From NCBI GenBank assembly GCA_040220235.1, contig JAVJTO010000051.1: a DNA stretch of 64,000 bases; one strand, written 5' to 3'. The notes below the pieces were generated by a model. The model did not search any database and was not told where the DNA came from. It was given only the letters and a program-made list of their open reading frames with translations. Source of the DNA: Coleofasciculus sp. B1-GNL1-01 (GTDB lineage Bacteria > Cyanobacteriota > Cyanobacteriia > Cyanobacteriales > Coleofasciculaceae). Shown here piece after piece: positions 61,737-64,000 of the stretch. Position 1 is the stretch's first letter, and the number at the start of each line of letters is the position of its first letter. The position numbers and the translations under genes are program-made.

Positions 61737-62138
61737 ATGAGCCTTGACAAACTTATGGCATTGATCAAACTCCTAGACGAAGTTCGTCCTGATCCCCAGG
61801 CGACTCTGACTAAATACCAACATGATCCCGACTTTGCCCAAGAGATTGATTCCTTATTTCAAATCTTATCGACAAAAAGCAAATCTCGGTCGAAAAAACG
61901 CCGCACTCGCCGACGTACCAGTGTTTTCGATCCGGTTGAACTCTATCACCAGAAAGGAGAGAAACATTTACGCGAACAGTTGCAGCAACTTGAGGTTGAA
62001 CAACTTAAAGATATGATTGCCGAACATGGGATGGATTCCAGTCGGCGGGCAATGCGCTGGAAAAAACGCGATCGCCTGATTGAGTTGATTGTCAAAACCG
62101 CTAGCTGTCGCGCCCGTAAAGGCGATGCCTTTCGCTGA
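61737..62138 (+). CDS. Small basic hypothetical protein downstream of ParA
   Basis: GGAG RBS, 15 bp after the parA stop, KSKSRSKKRRTRRR patch, helical C-terminus. Confidence 0.75.
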   Translation: MSLDKLMALIKLLDEVRPDPQATLTKYQHDPDFAQEIDSLFQILSTKSKSRSKKRRTRRRTSVFDPVELYHQKGEKHLREQLQQLEVEQLKDMIAEHGMDSSRRAMRWKKRDRLIELIVKTASCRARKGDAFR

Positions 62139-62234
62139 GAGAGAGCGATTTTTATTTCTATCGTCAGGGTACGGCTCGTTCTACAATAGTTTTCTGGTCT
62201 AAAAATTTTAAGTTAATCCGTCTTTTCAAATCTT

Positions 62235-63224
62235 ATGCCTATGTTTCCCATTCATCGTCCTCGCCGTCTCCGCCAAACCACCCAGTTGCGTCGCATGGTG
62301 CGTGAAAATGTGGTCACAACCAGCGATCTGATCTACCCCTTGTTTGCTGTACCCGGTGAGGGAATCGCCCAAGAGGTCAAATCTATGCCAGGAGTCTACC
62401 AACTATCAGTAGACAAAATCGTGGCAGAGGCGAAGGAAGTTTACGATCTGGGGATTCCCTCGATTATTCTATTTGGTATCCCGGATAATAAAGATGTCGA
62501 AGCCACGGGCGCATGGCATGATTGTGGCATTGTCCAGAAAGCCGCCACAGCCGTTAAAGAAGCCGTACCCGAATTGGTGATTATTGCCGATACCTGTTTG
62601 TGTGAATACACCAGTCATGGACATTGTGGGTATCTGGAAGTGGGTGATTTAAGCGGACGAGTTCTCAATGATCCTACCTTAGAACTGCTGAAGAAAACCG
62701 CCGTCTCTCAAGCCAAAGCTGGGGCAGATATTATTGCGCCATCGGGGATGATGGATGGTTTTGTCCAGGCAATTCGCACAGGATTGGATGAAGCTGGATT
62801 CCAGGATACGCCGATTTTGTCGTATGCGGCGAAGTATGCCTCTGCCTATTATGGACCCTTTCGGGATGCTGCTGAGTCAGCGCCACAGTTTGGCGATCGC
62901 CGCACCTATCAAATGGACCCCGCCAATAGTCAGGAAGCCCTCAAGGAAATAGAACTGGATATTGCTGAAGGGGCAGATATGCTAATGATTAAGCCCGCAT
63001 TAGCGTATATGGATATTATCTGGCGGGTGAAGGAGGCTACGAATTTACCCGTTGCCGCGTACAATGTATCGGGTGAATATTCCATGGTGAAAGCGGCTGC
63101 CCTGAATGGCTGGATTGACGAACAGAAGGTGGTGATGGAAACATTAACCGGATTCAAGCGATCGGGTGCTGACTTGATTCTGACGTACCATGCCAAAGAC
63201 GCCGCCCGTTGGCTACAGGATTGA
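62235..63224 (+). CDS. hemB: Porphobilinogen synthase
   Basis: [44 protein letters not shown]. Confidence 0.97.
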   Translation: MPMFPIHRPRRLRQTTQLRRMVRENVVTTSDLIYPLFAVPGEGIAQEVKSMPGVYQLSVDKIVAEAKEVYDLGIPSIILFGIPDNKDVEATGAWHDCGIVQKAATAVKEAVPELVIIADTCLCEYTSHGHCGYLEVGDLSGRVLNDPTLELLKKTAVSQAKAGADIIAPSGMMDGFVQAIRTGLDEAGFQDTPILSYAAKYASAYYGPFRDAAESAPQFGDRRTYQMDPANSQEALKEIELDIAEGADMLMIKPALAYMDIIWRVKEATNLPVAAYNVSGEYSMVKAAALNGWIDEQKVVMETLTGFKRSGADLILTYHAKDAARWLQD

Positions 63225-63271
63225 TTGATCAAGTAAGTAGGGGCACGAGATGTCGTGTCCCTACCGTGGAA

Positions 63272-63598
63272 TTATTGCAGAATTCGTTCGACATCACTTT
63301 TGAGTTTGGGTAGCTCATGTTCTACAATTGACCAAACAATATCAGTATCGACTCGAAAATATTCATGAACTAAAATATTCCTAAAATCGGCAATATCTTG
63401 CCAAGGAACTTCGGGATACTGGGTAATAAAGGATTCTGAAATAGACGCAGATGCTTCTCCAATAATTTGCAAGTGATGGATTATCCAAATCTGGATGAGT
63501 TCATCATTTTCAAAGACTTGCTTTCCGCGCACGGCATATTTTTCAATCTTGGCGATCCCGTCTTGAATATCTCGCAGTCGTTCGCGATCATCCCTCAT
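63272..63598 (-). CDS. HepT-like (DUF86) HEPN ribonuclease toxin
   Basis: LQIIGEA, VPW..IADFRNILVHEY (RX4HXY). Start MRDDRE overlaps the MNT stop. Confidence 0.9.
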   Translation of the reverse strand: MRDDRERLRDIQDGIAKIEKYAVRGKQVFENDELIQIWIIHHLQIIGEASASISESFITQYPEVPWQDIADFRNILVHEYFRVDTDIVWSIVEHELPKLKSDVERILQ

Positions 63599-63888
63599 AG
63601 CGGTATTGCCTCTTTTAGCACCCGTTCGCGGATGCGTTCTTTCAAGCCTTTTTCTGTGACGACATCGACGTTGCGACCTAGCAATTTTTCTAAGTCTCGA
63701 ATGAATCGCACCGGAAACCAAGGGCTAAGGTTTTCTCCTAAATCAATCAGAAAATCAATGTCGCTGTCTTGGTCGGCTTCTCCCCGTGCTACCGACCCAA
63801 AAATCCGGATATTACAAGCACCGTGTTGGGTAGCAAGGTTTAATATTTCTTCTCGCTTTTGTGTGATTAATTCTTCCAGTTCCATCAT
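63595..63888 (-). CDS. MntA-like minimal nucleotidyltransferase antitoxin
   Basis: IFGSVARGEADQDSDIDFL (GSX10DXD), LGRNVDVV. Confidence 0.92.
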   Translation of the reverse strand: MMELEELITQKREEILNLATQHGACNIRIFGSVARGEADQDSDIDFLIDLGENLSPWFPVRFIRDLEKLLGRNVDVVTEKGLKERIRERVLKEAIPL

Positions 63889-63937
63889 TTTCTAAGGAAT
63901 CGGACAAAATAAAGTTTTACCTGTGAGCAGTATACCT

Positions 63938-64000
63938 TCATGAAGCAGCAGCAAGGCGTTCTCGAATACTGGGTGAACGAAAGCCCAGAACAATATCTTG
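63938..64000 (-). CDS. C-terminal end of a probable XisI-family protein (cut by the window edge)
   Basis: Manually translated: QDIVLGFRSPSIRERLAAAS*, similar to TDIVLAYHSPFVR in the XisI at 19428. Confidence 0.6.
   Translation of the reverse strand, partial: QDIVLGFRSPSIRERLAAAS

Overview
Chromosomal window from a cyanobacterium. Evidence: psaF/psaJ, psbH/psbN/psbQ/psb30, abundant HIP1 GCGATCGC, 7-bp tandem repeats and GTAG-REP-like palindromes. A filamentous Oscillatoriales/Coleofasciculus-like host is my inference. Housekeeping and photosynthesis genes (tsaD, psaFJ, purH, rpoZ, psbN/H, tatA, hppD, recJ, psb30, treY/treZ, psbQ, hemB) are interleaved with accessory material: an internally deleted IS1182-type transposase, a broken haemagglutinin-repeat/CHAT gene, a DUF4178-SpeE membrane cluster, two Uma2 nucleases, tandem Ser/Thr kinases with a phosphatase, orphan xisH/xisI, an MNT-HepT toxin-antitoxin pair, a secreted-protein/RTX-cadherin/putative beta-barrel cluster, and several nested miniature mobile elements. 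The best candidate for an undescribed system is an AT-rich two-gene cassette at 56058-57769. It pairs a PD-(D/E)XK (Cap4/DUF4297-like) nuclease with a UPRTase-fold protein whose PRPP loop is degenerate, which suggests a nucleotide-sensing anti-phage module. Runners-up are an orphan ParA with a small basic partner (60831-62138) and the surface-protein cluster (34196-41396). I recognised no rRNA, tRNA or CRISPR array. All family calls come from reading motifs; no searches were run.
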